Source of the DNA: Tubiluchus corallicola
Lineage: Eukaryota; Animalia; Priapulida
Reading direction: 5' to 3'
Assembly: GCA_030141605.1 (NCBI GenBank)
Contig: JAQGDQ010000019.1
Coordinates: 124,001 to 188,000 of the forward strand
Length of the DNA stretch: 64,000 bases
A program made the position numbers and the translations under genes. This document shows, one piece after another, positions 39,561 to 53,785 of the stretch (position 1 is the stretch's first letter; every line of letters begins with the position of its first letter). The notes under the pieces were generated by a model, which was not told the origin of the DNA, made no database searches, and saw only the letters and a program-made list of their open reading frames with translations.

Positions 39561-40559
39561 CACTGGTGTAGCTAGTCCGTTTTTTGGAAGTTTAACTGAA
39601 TGAGCGGCTACCTGACTGGATGCCTTATATTCCTCTATGTAATAGTAACATTGTAATATTTACGACTTTATATCGACAACATCATTTTTGCTTTTCAACT
39701 TCTGCCAAATTGTCAGCTATTATTCTGTAAACTGTAAAGTACGTGTAGCAATAGAAGAATTAAATTTTAGACACACGTCCAATCAGTAGAAGATCCTAAA
39801 TTAAGTTAAATGTTGAAATCTGCGAAAGTTAGTCACTGTAAAAGCTTTACATTATTTGCGAGCAGAACTCAAAAAATGTTTTCAACAGGTTAACGGAACA
39901 GCGAAAAATAGGACAACACGCACCTTTTCGTAACGATAATCTTGTGACATTTATTTTTGTAATAACAAAACTGCACTACTTACAATTGCACGTTGCACCT
40001 TCAAAATTTTTAAAGTTTATGTTTTTGCTACGGCCATAGGATGCTGTATGTATCATTAATGAATTTTGCAACTTGAAAAAACTCTTGCTTTACCGCCGAA
40101 CCTTACTTCTCCCAGCCTATGCCATGCATACCTACAGAACTATCCGTATGACAAAAAAAACATTGAGACCCTAATGTACTACTTTGAAATTCAACATTGC
40201 CTAGCTAGATAGAATTTGCTTTTAGATACTATTGAAAGTGATTGATAGATTTTAATATCATTATCACTTTAAAGGAGCATTATCATTAGGTTAAAAATGT
40301 GAAGACCCATAGCACAGAATTTAATCACGTGAGTCCGAGTCTTACATCTATAGTCATGAGTTAACGCCATTAATATTTCTATGTTGAGTACTACTCAGTT
40401 TTAAGTCCTTTTTTGTTATACTGATGAGGTTGTTTGGTACAATGCAGGGGGAGAATAGTGAATCTTGCACTGTTGATACAAGATTCGTAGACGAATTGAT
40501 ACGTAGCAGACAGTACTAGCTTTGAAACAATGACATTAGTAATAATGACGACGATGATG

Positions 40560-40627
<68 letters not shown>
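40560..40627. repeat. (AAT)n microsatellite
   Basis: Read directly. Confidence 0.98.
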
Positions 40628-42376
40628 TAAGAAGAAGAATGTAATAATGGTAATCATTTATTCGCAAACAAGGCAAGAGCGACAAAATTAACCAGTCACT
40701 CTTCAGATCTATGCACTGTTTTCTTATTGTACGTTTTTATGTACGTATGCCTGTTTATAACGTATCTTTACAATTTCGAATAATAGCACAGTAGAAACTT
40801 TAAAAAATTCCACGGTTACATTGCCCTTTTCGTAACCCTGCTAGCTTTTGAGTGAATCCCTTGAGTACCTAGACGGTCAGCTCTCTGCACGCTAGTGATT
40901 TGCGTGCTATGCCGCGTGAAAAGGTTTTACTGTTTTTACACTTCAGTTTATGCTATCCTTTGAGAATAATAAGTGAACAATAAATTTTATGTAAATTTTG
41001 CATAAAGGTGGCAATCATTTTCGATTTTCACATGAGGGTGAGGGTGTGAGTGAATTTGGGAGTGAGCGAGCGAGTCTCATCCAAAAATCACATCGTATCG
41101 CCTAGTTTATAGATTACTTTTATCTTATATAAAATGACAATTTCAGTTATATCAGTTACATATAACGTAATTAATAATAAAATATGAATATTAATAATAT
41201 ACATAGTAATAACAGAATTAAAGAAACTGACGAAACTTAAAACCAATTGCTTAATTTAACGCTGGGTTTTACAATGACTATGACCACGCAGGTACAAAAG
41301 ACATGCTTATTATGTACAGAAAATTCAGCACTAAAACACTATAGTTATCTTTCTACAAGTTTGGAAACTAGTCAGTTCAAGAGAACGAAAGGCACTTGCC
41401 AATTTAAACGGTTTTGCAAACTACTCACACAGCAGTTTTGTAACGCGTTTGGCTGAAAATGATTTTATCGTGCTCATAGAATTGGTTTGAGGAATTTCGG
41501 TTTTTGTCTTCTGTGGAACTTTGTACAAACTAGACCAAATTATAATGACTGCAATTTATTATCAGTTTATCATGTATTTGAATTAAAATTTTGATAATAA
41601 TTTTTACATGCAAGGCAATTGTTATAATTGAAAACCAACCTCATAAATATGGACGGTAGAAAAATTAATGAGTTCATATTGTGCACAAAATGTAAGTTAA
41701 TTAGCATTTTGTGTTACTGGAAGGCACACTGTTTTATATTATGCAGCTCATTAAATCAATTGTCATGCTTGTTTAAACACATTTGCTTATAAAGATTATA
41801 TGTAGACATTAATGTACTTTTCAGTTTACAGGAAAGTAAACATTTGAGTTAAATCGTAGTTTAAGATCAGCAAAAAAATTATTTCGGTACAAAATTTAAA
41901 AGAAATTGAAAACCGTTGGGACCAGCGAAGATTACGTTAACGAAAAGTTCATCCAGTAAGAATGTTAAAAAATGAATGCAACGCAGGTGTTTTCTTCTAC
42001 AAGGTGAGACTTCTAACTCGTTGATGTGCGCCTAGTGCTCTTTCTCTTCAATAATTTTACAATGCAGTGAAATATAAAATGGCTTTGTTTTGACAAATGA
42101 AAATTAATAGTTGTTCACCAGTAGCAGGAATTAGCAGGCAGCAGCATTTGAATAATTCATAGTAGAATCGTCACACGAGAAGGTCAGACTACAAGGGACA
42201 AACTCATAATACAAGACGTAAAGACAGATTTTGATTTGATTTGATTTAACGCTCTATTTCGAATCAAATTCAAGTTTACACCCACAAACGAAAACAAAGA
42301 TAAAAAAATACATGCACCACAATTACACGATATCTTATCTAAAACATTAATTACTACATACACAAAAGATAAATTA

Positions 42377-42379
<3 letters not shown>

Positions 42380-42439
<60 letters not shown>
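42380..42439. repeat. (GA)n microsatellite, left of the RTE-X-like fragment
   Basis: Read directly. Confidence 0.98.
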
Positions 42440-42443
<4 letters not shown>

Positions 42444-42796
42444 AGATTTAGATTTAGATTTAATATTTTATTTCAAACTTCGCAAAGTTCATAAATACAT
42501 CACAAATTAATACAAATAATACAATAAATCATGAAACACAACAATAACACAAATAACAATTAACTATATAAGAAACTACGCCAATGACATCTAATTGCAG
42601 AAGTAAAGTTTGCATCACTGTTTAAAATGTTCTTGCATATAAAATTTTCACTCTTATTTAGCCTGACGTATAAACTGTATGCACATTTTCTGTGAATAAC
42701 ATCAAAATAAATAATATTAAGTCTAGTAGAAATATATCTTGCGCTCGTATCATATGAAAAGTTAAATAGCTTCCGTGTTGATACATTATATGCAAC

Positions 42797-42799
<3 letters not shown>
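42440..42799 (-). mobile_element. 3' end of an RTE-X-like LINE with a (TCTAAA)n tail, flanked by (GA)n on both sides
   Basis: Stop-free KVAYNVSTRKLF...SAR...RLNKSEN...HW C-terminus resembling RTE-X ORF2 ends, then a T-rich UTR, AATAAA and (TCTAAA)3. Confidence 0.75.
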
Positions 42800-42857
<58 letters not shown>

Positions 42858-42883
42858 AGGAGAGAGAGAGAGAGAGGGAGAGG

Positions 42884-42951
<68 letters not shown>
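42800..42951. repeat. Interrupted (GA)n microsatellite, right of the RTE-X-like fragment
   Basis: Read directly. Confidence 0.98.
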
Positions 42952-42953
<2 letters not shown>

Positions 42954-44999
42954 CTGAAGGCGGGAATAGACACTTGTACACGTACAATGTGCCTACGTAT
43001 CAGCGCAAATGACTGCCGCCATTGATAATTAAATACTCACGGTTTTACGGTGTACCATTCATTAGAATTAGGCAACGTACAAGACCTGTTGGTTATAAGG
43101 CATTATTTATCGTTAATCAATAGTGTTGTAACTCAGGCATCCATAGATACTGAAATCTATGAGTGAGAGAACGAGATGCTGTTTTTGGCCCTCACAGGCG
43201 TTCAGACTACCGAGTTTCCTCTCTGGCTAGAATGTTTAACAGTCGCAGCCATTTTTGAACAAACTTGCGATCTGCTGTGAGTACTAGCCAGTCTGAACAA
43301 CAGTCACTTAGAAAAACAGACCACAGATATGTCCAACATGTAAATTTCGTGAAATGTACATTGCAGTTTTTACAACCAAAGACACAAGTGACGTAGTTAT
43401 GAATTACGTGACTGATGCAACTGCTTTTTACAAATGATGAGAAGAAAAGAACACCACGGAACTCTCATCTAAATAATTTTCCATCTCAGTAGATCTCTAA
43501 CATTTTGTAGCTTCAGTTGTCAAGAAATCACAACGAGCGTAAAATTGTGACTGTAAAACAATCGCTGTGGTCGTCACTCGACATGGCTGCCAAGTCTAAT
43601 TAGTAAATTGAGGTCTGCGCTAATCTGCCGCTAAATGAGTTCTTTCACTAACTCCACAATGAAAGTGAAAATTAGTTGGCAAAAGAAGAAAATCTTTATA
43701 AGTAATCTTCATTTTCTTCAGGAAACTGAACAGTTTCATTGGATATAGGGATTATGTTATTTCACCATTGTGTCACCATTGACTGTTGGGTACTTGTCAC
43801 GCGCTCATTTTTGCCTTAAGTGAGAAAACTCAATGACTGTGAATAAGACGTAGTCCATAGGAGACATTACATGAAATTGTAGTAAAGTGATGATAATAAA
43901 CTAATTCTCCTAAAATCAGAGTTTTCAAAAGTGTAATAATTTTTTGAAACTTTTTAACATTAATACATTATAATTATGTACTATTAGATTCCTCATAGCT
44001 CCTCTCTATCAGGTTCACTTTCAGTGCAATGTTTGCAAATTTAGTACTTTCATTTGTAGTAATGTTTCTGATTTAAATCGAATTTAGGAAAATGTATCGC
44101 TATGTTTGAACCACTTTGTATGCAGGCCTGTTACGTAACTTGTGATTCAGTAGGATGCTAATTTGGTAAGCCATTCGCAGGAGAGCTCTCTAATGGAGCT
44201 GGCAAAGAATCGTAACAAAATTTAATTAGGATTTGAAGTCTCGAAAACGTGGCTTCTTCGTGTTAAACGTTTGGACAGCTGTAATGCAATTTAGTGTATG
44301 TGGCAATATCTGCATGAAGGTAAAACCCTGTTATATGGTCCATATAACATCATGCATACTAGGTGTTCTGACCATTATGTGCCTCCACTTACATTATTTT
44401 ACAGGCATTGCACTGCATTTTTCGAAGCTGATTATGGCAAATAAAACTTAAAATTTACTACTGCAAGAGTACACATTCTGACGATAAAATCGAGTTTAAG
44501 ATTCGTCTTTTTCCATCTTTTTGTAACATAGAAGCCATTTTACAAACTCAGGTTCAATATGAAGGTTAGATTTGCAATATACATAACTATTTCAAAACTC
44601 ATATTTTTAAAATTTTCAAGGAAAGTTTGAGAGGCCCTTGAGGAATTAAATATATTGATTGTCCTCCTAACAGGAACAGTTAGAGTTCGATTTGTATATT
44701 TCGGTTTCTTTAGGCATGCTCACTGGTTACAGACTTGGGTTCGAAACTGTCTGCTGTAGTTATGTGTACCTTATGCGAATTAATATATGTTGTAATAATA
44801 AGTCGCTATATAGTTGTCTACTTTCCTTTATCTATGCAAGCTTCAAATCAACCCATCTCTCTCGTATTTCGTACAGTATTGGTTGTCTCCAGTTTTAGTT
44901 GGTGTTGTATGGTTGTTATGATTTTTAGTTTTATTTATATTTTGGTTTGTGTTTATTATTAATTTGTCTGGTAATTTATTTGTACATTATTTACGTTTC

Positions 45000-46500
45000 T
45001 TCTGGTAATACGAATACCGATGTCTTACAGTTAATTTTTTAATCTTTGAAACCTATTACGACCAGTTTTACATTTGGTGAAGTTTTCAAATCTTTCAGTC
45101 TGAAAGTATGTCCATGAGTTTTATTTTACTTTAGCTATTTTTTCCAGAATGTTTTGCTAAACCAGACACAGTAGCTGAACTTTTTACGACTGGATTCCGA
45201 CCTCTTAATTCAGCAACATCAGCTAACTGATATTGTGTATAGCACCTATTCAAGGATTAGTAACCAGGTTCTTAGATATAGCTAACGCTTTTGATCCTGT
45301 TTGCAGATGATTCTAACTTACTTTCACCCACCAAAAATATTAACGTTGCAGTTGATAGTTTAAATCGTTACCTTACTAAAATTCAAATTTGGTGTTCCAC
45401 GTGGGGAATGATAATGAATGTTTATAAAACCAAAGCATTTTTATACTTGCACATCAAACCTTAGAGCCGTATATATTTTGGCAATACTGAAATTGAAGTG
45501 GTCGATAATATAAAGCATCTGGGCACTATTTTTGACTCGAAACTTACTTGGAACCATCATGTAAATTATATAGAAAATAAAGCCAATAAGATATTATTTT
45601 TCACCAACTAAAATATAAACTACGTACCTTTAACTTGATTACTTTGTATAAGGAATTCGTTAGACCTTTTATAGAATATGGCAATGTAATTTGATCAAAT
45701 TGCTCAACGACAAATTTCATTAGAATTGAAAGAGTGCAATATCGAACTATGTTGTTAATGTCAGTGGCGATGAAATCTTAACTCTTAACAAAATCTCAAC
45801 TCGATGCTTGGTTTGCTACTATCCAAGGAGTGAACTTCAAACGTTCGATTAAACCCAAAAATATATTATAATCAGGCTCCTCAATGCTTGATTGAAATAT
45901 TAAATGAATTCCGTCTCAACAACCTCTACGCTCTAAGCGACCCATTTCTTTTAAGGGCTACACGACAGTTGTATAACAGTTTTTTCAAAAGAGGCATTCG
46001 CCTATGGAATAATTTACCAATTTACTTAATTACCAACAAACAGACTTTCCTTACTCCATTTGCCTTTAAAAGTAGATTGTTGAACCTAGAGCTCGTACTA
46101 AATCAGTATTCCCCAATTATAATGATAGTGGAAGTAATAAGATTTCAACAATTAGATTGATTATACGAATTTTCCACAATTAAAAGGAGATTTGTTTTCC
46201 AGGAATATTATCGATGACCCTTCATGTAACTGCAACAGTTCGACTGAGAGTCCCCGCCATTATTTTTTGAGTGTTCAAACTATGACATTCACAGAACACT
46301 ATATTTGGGTCAGCTCTGTTATTATCGGCACGTAACACGCCAACCTTAGACCTGCTATTAATTACAACGACATTTTTCATAAACTCAGACCAGGTCATCC
46401 ATCCAGTGGCATTCTCTTCAAATTGTTGCAGAACTACATAAAGTCTGCTAAACGTTTTGCTAATTGATTGTACGTGTAACTGTATATTGAAATGCAACAT
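45000..46500 (+). mobile_element. Degenerate, internally deleted CR1/L2-group LINE fragment
   Basis: GFRP remnant, LFADDS, KHLGTIFDSKLTWNHHV, LYKEFVRPFIEYG, IERVQ, FFKRGIRLWNNLP and a C-terminal DLF..N...PSCNC..ES..HYF Cys/His motif. Boundaries are approximate. Confidence 0.85.
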
Positions 46501-49500
46501 GAATTATTTTGAATTTTGGACTTTTGAATTAAACACCAGTTATCGAGCAATCATACTTTTATATAACTAATAGGATGATGTGCATTGACAGTGGTTTCTG
46601 GTATCGCTCCTGTACTCTGTGGCCTCTGCATAATTCAGTTTTAAGTGTTAACTACTTGTGTTTTTGAACTAACTAACTATTTATGTAATTATATCCTTGA
46701 TAACCAGCTGTACATATCTGTTCTCAGCTAAAATGTATTTGTTGCACAGTGGAAAAAATCTGGTCAGTAATATTACTGTATGTCAATCCACTTAAAATCA
46801 ATATAATTTATATATAAACTTTTTATTAAAGTGTTCCACTTGTTTCACTCACGTTTTTTACACTCCTTTACCTTAAATTTTTTATCATTGGTTGTCGTCT
46901 TGCTGTAAATGAGCAATGGGCACTAATTGTTGATCAAAGATGCCCCAATTTTTTCATCTATCCAAAGATGTATAATTCAACTATACTGTAGTTTTATTAT
47001 TAGTTGCTTATTTTAATTAGAAAACTTATCAGCTCAAGACTGTGACTTATTAGAAGTCAGTGTGCTGCCTCGGCGTTCAATGTTTATGGACAGCTTCAAA
47101 GTTAAAGCACTCCACGTTGGTTTTATTAAGCAGTAAAAACGATGTTTTGCTCATATAAAAGTGCCAAGAATTCTTTCATAAATTTTATTTTCCAAGAACC
47201 GAGCGCGCGGTTCGAGCGATTGCCCGCATGCCCATTACTACTTTGCTTTCACGCTCGTGCTGACATCCTGATACCTAAGAGCAACTATCTTCTTTGTATG
47301 ACAGGCTGATGCATAAAATGTGATTACCATTGAGAAATTTATTAAGTCCAAATTCATTAAGTTACGTTCTTATCTTTGCGAAGCCTGTTTCGTGTTACCA
47401 TAGTTGCTTTGCCTGATGAGCCATAAAAATTTAATAAACTGTATGATAAGCAAAGTAAAGGCTTGTTTTGCAACAATCACCTTTAGAATTGCCGAAGCCA
47501 ATTATTATACGCTTGTCTTGCTATATCAAGAGTTAAACTTGAAAGTTGTAAAATTTATCTTCTCGTTGGGAGGTCTAGCTATGGCACCTTGCTTAGAATT
47601 TTCTAATCAACTGAGTACATTATCGATCAATTACGCACATAAAAGTGTAAAAAGTAATTACTTTCAATCGATCTGCAAGCGCTATGAGCCAGCAATTTTT
47701 AAACGACGTGAATGCGTCTTTATCGGTTATAAAATTTCTATTTACACAACACACAAGTTGATTATCAGCGGAGTTTTGCAGAAATATTTGTTTATAATCG
47801 TATTCCTGAATATTTGCCTTTAATCACGGCGCTTCATCCACAGAACTCATCTTTAATATGGTTATTTATAATCTTAAAATATGTAATGACTATCAGATGT
47901 TCACGATGGAATGAACCTGCAACTACTATTGTCTAATATTAGGAAAAATTCTACACTTCTCTTCTGAGCGGCTAATATCATGAGTTAATTTTGCAGTACA
48001 GTCGCTGTACACTTGTAGTCACGCTGCTGCTGTTGAAACGTAAGTCAAATGTTTTTGCGCATTTACGACACAATGTTCTGTTGTTAAAGTGTGAACTAAT
48101 GTATGGGACAAACCCACATAGGCTGCTTCTTCGTGCAATTCAGCACTCAGACTCAACATATAAATGATATTATTTTTTTGAATAATGCAACAGTGATTGG
48201 AAAATAGGCAGTCTGAAAATCAGCAAATATCACTTAAAAATCTACTACCTAGAGCACGGTTGTGTCAAAAACACGTGTTAATTCAAACCTTGAAAGCTAA
48301 TTCAGTTTGCATATAGCGTAATTCGTCTGTGCTTAGTTCAGACTTTTTCGTATTTTCATTATTGGAATTCACATGTTTATTTACTATGGGTTTATTCAAG
48401 TATTGATCTTTCTCATGATTTACTAGATGAAACTACTAATGTCTAAATGACGCAGTGGCTGCAGGCGAGAACAGGTGTTTTATTTATAATCAATAGTAAT
48501 TGAGAGATTATCGTGTCCCGAAGCCAATCCCAGTATAATACATAATAGCCATCGATCGTTATAGTCTAGGAACAAAATGAATCAATTAGAGACGAAATAA
48601 AGATGTGATGCGCTGCGTGCCAAGGTCACATAATTAATACGAAGAACTTGAAACGGCTGTTATTGTTCTCATGAAACATGTAGAGCGAATTATGCGTGTC
48701 CACTATTTTGCAATGCAGCAGTAGCCTTTTCCACGTTAAACTTATTGTATATAGCTAATGGAATGCAGCCACTCAGTCTTTTAACTGATCTTATTTGACT
48801 TGTTAACCTAATCGCATTTTTAAATAAATGGAATAAACAAGAAAGAAAGAATTTCCGCTGCTCAAATTAAAAAACCAAAACCCATGAAATTGCATCTTTT
48901 CTTTTTGCAATTATTGAAGTAGGTCAAACGAACATAATTTGTTTCATACTGTATCTGATACTTTAAATAACCCACGCAGAAGCACAAATACTGCCAGTTA
49001 GTAGTACCGAACAAGTAAATACACAAAAGAATAAGCAAACAAACAAGCGAAAAAAGATCAACAGTTAAACCACTTAAGGACCGAAGGGGCAAACGAATGA
49101 CAGCGAGCCAAAAAAACAAATGAAAGAACGAACGAATATATAATTGAACTTTTAAAAGTATTTTATTTTTAGCTTAAACAAATATATTAAATACTACATA
49201 AGTGATTTTCAAAATAAATACATTAGAAATGAATTGATCCACTTCTGGATTTTATTCTTTTTTAAAATGGCTTCAGATAATCTGTAAGCCTTTTGTCACT
49301 GGTTATACTGAATTCTCAAGAGCAGCCTTTTTATCAACTTTACTATTGTTGTTGTTTACTATTTACTCGCTCTACTAAAATATAATATAATAACAATATT
49401 AATATAGTTACGAGTCCTATTTCTAATCAGTAAACATGAATTGCGTTGTTAAAAATAAACGGTAATTCTTGTGTTTTGCACTACTATTAAGAAACTACGA

Positions 49501-51390
49501 TTTTCGCTTTTGTACAGCATGTAGGCTTCAGTTTATAGGTTTTAAAAACTGCAGTAAGTGTGCAGTCTCCGAGTGTTATCGAGGGCAACAAGTTACAAGC
49601 CAAGATTAGAATTACTTCCTGTCTACTTACATAACATGACACTAAGTGCATGGTTTCAAACGCTAAATGACCATTATTGGTTGAAATGTTCATAAACCTG
49701 ACTTGTAGTTATACCTGTGTCGGAAATGGCATTTCAATTTAAAGCACAAGAAAGCACTCTATGTAAATAAAGCTTAAAAATTCTTGAACTTTTATATCAC
49801 TTACATGCTGCCTTACGGCATAAGGGGTTTACGTTAGCAGTAATGTTGTATAAAATTTGTAAATTTAAACTCTCGCGATGACCATTAGGCGCAGCCATTT
49901 TTACTGTAAGTCGTTTGAAACAAGTTTAGATAACAATGTGTAAAGTTTGAAAAAATAATCAGAGCATTCGCAATACACTCTTCGCTAACAAAGGAAAAGT
50001 TTAATTCAGTTTATATTGGCAATAACATCAATAATGTGTTTTAGTGAAGCAGTGGTGCACACTGTGATGGCGATGCAGTGCCGTTTTAGAGGTAGCATCA
50101 GAAGGCTGAGGTTGGCGAATATTTTAAATCATTGAGAATTTTCTTTTCCAATTACATAAGCCTTTTAAACAAGTAAACGTAGCGTTAAATAATATAATTT
50201 TGTATGGAAAGTTCTTTGAGACATACTTTAAAGTTCCCTTTTCTTCCTTTTTAACTAATAGTCTAATGTAATTTATTGCTTAAATGTACTGATCTGTGAA
50301 TGCAAGAATCGGCTGTAAAAGAGTTATTTAAATATATCTTATTCACTGATTTTATATAATAGGCTCAGTGTTATAGGCCATTAAATCTCTTTCTTTGTAA
50401 TTAATCAAAGTAAAGTCGTTCTTGAATATTTGCCAAACTAGCTTTCCTAGCCCTAAAGCATAAAAACCGTTCAGGGATTCCCTCCCTGTAAAACAGTTAT
50501 CATGTAGAGCACGGCACATTCCTGTTTTCCCACTACCTGTAAAATGATAATTTAATAGATAAAAATGTGGTTTTTTTAATGTTAAAAAATGTTTACGAAG
50601 TACTGAATTGGAATGTGAACTTAAACTAACTTGTAATCATTGTTCAACATACTCTAATGCAATAATCATCATTTGTATGATGATCGTCATACAATAATCA
50701 CACATCATACATCATCACATAATAATTATCATCATTTAATTTTTGTTCATAATTTTGTTTAAAACTAGGAGCGAAGTGTAGAACTTACAACGACACTAAA
50801 TTAAATTTGTAATTTCTTTCTAGCTACACTAACCGAAATTCGAGGCTCAGCCTTTAGATAAAGAAATAAAATCGTAAAATAAATTTCAGTCTGATCGCTC
50901 CAGGAACAAGCAAACAAAAAACAAGACCAAAAGTTCTGGACAACCTGAATACATTACAGACTTTGATGAAAGTGGGCTAGACTCATTAACATGACGTAAC
51001 TAAACTCTGCAAACACATTGTGCTGAAAAACCAAGAAATTGAAAAATGAATCCCACTGTATGTAAACCAGACAGATTTTTATCATACTGTGGTTGCAAAC
51101 TATGTTTTTACTCTATGTGAGGTTATATCGCTTCTTAAGACATTTTTAGAACTTGAATTGACTCATTTGGAAGATCTGGTAATGCAAGTCTACAACTCGT
51201 TGAAAAAATTAACAAGAAAGTGGAAAATTACAAGGTACATAATGCCAAATTAATTTTCAATGTTAATGAATAACATTCACACAAGAAACATACTGAAAAA
51301 AAGTAACAACAAAATATTAGCAAACTAAGGAGATCAGAAGTAAGGAATACAGAAGTCATTTTCAAGCAGTAATTATGCAACAAAACTTAC

Positions 51391-51523
51391 CCGACCATTG
51401 CGAGTGTGTGTCTCCGTCCTGCTCTGCCAGAGGGCATAGAAGGCGCCAAAGTAGACCCTAAATCATGGTGAAGGTCGTGCATGGCTCGCAAAGCCCTTAG
51501 GCTTCCTGACTCCGCTTGCATTG
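51391..51523 (-). CDS. Candidate coding exon MQAESGSLRALRAMHDLHHDLGSTLAPSMPSGRAGRRHTLAMV(G), phase-2 end
   Basis: GC-rich island with an open frame from ATG at 51521, a consensus donor CGG|GTAAGT and a possible acceptor cctatctag|. Contains an RRxT basophilic kinase motif. Confidence 0.5.
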
Positions 51524-53099
51524 CTAGATAGGCTAAGGTTTCGTTTTCAAAGAGGCAATGTGAGGAAACTTATTATCTTAGATTCAAGGAAGACCTTTTA
51601 TCACACCACCACCAGCAGCAGTAGCACAATCTGCATCTTATATCGTTAAGCAAGTTTTAATGGAGCACTCGAGGAAGTTCACTTTTGCTGTAGAAAAATC
51701 AATCGCACCTGCTCATAATATAACACTAACAAACTCATACACGGATCACGCTGGATTGAGGGGAGCTTGTAGCTACAGTAACACGTAATACTGTTACGCA
51801 ATGTTCAATATAGTTAACGAAGGTCAGAATGACTGGTTATCCTAATCGGAAAACTGCTACACAAATCTCGAAATTACGAGAGTCGGAGGAAAACACTTGT
51901 TCCGGTAATTACATCAGGGAAAAAGAGCACAGAAATGAACTCTACAAAGTCAATGCCTTCTTTTACGAAAAATATCGACGCTGCGAAAATTCACGGCAAA
52001 TTTAAAACTATTTTCTCAGTCAGACTTCTTTGTTGTTGTCAAACGAAGCGTCACGCTTCATTGGTTCTAGCAATGTTTTTATTCAACGTTTGCTGTTTGA
52101 ATCAATATGCACTGGGGCTTTTAACTTCGTTGACTTTTCACGCTAGATGCAGTAGTCCATACATTTTTGGAATTTATTATGAAAGTATGATATGCAAGTG
52201 ACACATTGGAATTTTTTAAACAAACAACTGTATTGTTTCAGCAGGCACCTAACAAAAGATTAAAATTATTATGATTATTACAAAGAACAAGGATGTAAAA
52301 ATTTATGAAGTGAAATGTTTCATGCAAAAGTTTAATCGTTTTCCAGACAATCTAATATAACTGCCACCATCTGCCGAAAGCTTGAATGTATCTCGCCGAG
52401 AAAGCCCTAAGTAAGGTTCGCGCCGCAAGAGCTTTTACTGTCAATTAAGCAGTCCTATAAATTAGAATTAGTGCGTCGTTACTATAGACCATTATGGTGA
52501 TAACGGAAAAGAAGCAGATGAAACTACAGACGTGAAACTGCGACAAACAGCTTCTTTGAACTCTATCGTCTTTAAAATTAAAATGGCGCCAACGTTATTT
52601 TTCTAATCCAATGGGTATACTGTAATTGTACTGACATTATCCCCTGATAAATTCAAATGTTCGAAGAAATATTTATTAACTATAACAAAATAAAGTTTTG
52701 CGAATAGAATTGGCTTCTGATTAGGAATATATTTCGGTTTTAGTACAAAAAAAGTTAAGGTCTTATTGCTCATGCGTACTTTTGAAAAAATACAGGCAAA
52801 ATAATTACATTAGGTATTAACTAAATCTTGAATATTTATTTAAAAATTTTTAAATAAGACGGAAGAGTAGTAAGTTGTGCACACAGTTTTCGCGAGGACT
52901 GAGTGTGTAACAAAGTCTCTTTAATTTTAAAAAGTATTTCTGGCTATTTTAATCATACGCGGTTGGTTCGGGCTAGTTGTCGAATGTCTGATCATTTTAT
53001 ATTACTTCAGACACGAAGAAGAACGTTTACTTATTCCAAGGAAATGTTAGTATGCTGCAAGTCTTTCATAATGTTTATCGTAAGCATGTGAGCAGATAC

Positions 53100-53785
53100 A
53101 ACCATATTTAAATCCTGAATTTACTCGACTGTTATTTACATAGTAGCATAGCTTTGGAATTCTCAATGTGCAAGATTCACAAAATTTAATTTTCGACTAT
53201 ACATTAAACAATTCCCAGGCATTGTGCCACAAAAATACATTAACAATTTGACACCTTCATTTTGTCTAAAACCGAATATTTTTTCTATAAGCAGTGTTCC
53301 ATTTTACCCTAATGTCATTAACTTCATTGTTTGATATACCCCCAATTTCGCATTCGTACAATAAAATGGGTAGACAATATGTATTGATCAGAGTTTTAGC
53401 TACTATGTCATTACGATTATGGCCCATCCTTGAGAGAATATTATTCACGGAATCAATAAATTTCCTTTTTAACCTTGAAACATTAATTTGAAAAACTATC
53501 ACTTGTCAAAATATCGCAACCCAAATACTTTACTGTCTGTTTCCAGATCAGCTGTTTACCGCAAAAACAGATTACACCCTCTCCAGTAAAGCTTTTGCCA
53601 AAATAAAGAAGCCATGTTTTGTTAGGATCAAATGAGACACCCATTCTATACCATATTTTTCACAGATTTTAAGTATTTCACGTAAGTGTCTACATGACCC
53701 TGACAACAAGGCAATGTCATCAGCATACATGACAGTGCCTATAAAATTATCTGCCACATAACAACCGTAACCAGCTGAACGCGAT
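53100..53785 (-). mobile_element. RTE-X-like LINE fragment (RT C-terminal half)
   Basis: GYGCYVADNFIGTVMYADDIALLS..L...LKICEKYG, KYLG and TLINTYCLPILLYECE..WNTAYRK across frameshifts. Confidence 0.85.

Noticed and set aside
44720-44755. Hammerhead-like CTGGTTACAGACTTGGGTTCGAAAC (also CTAATGAGGCCGAAGGCGAT near 15297)
   Set aside because: The core CUGANGA or GAAA is broken and stems I/III are not evident; at best decayed Penelope-type remnants.
47404-47823. 139-aa ORF
   Set aside because: TTG start, background AT content, L/I/F/K-rich composition typical of random AT-rich DNA and no motifs.
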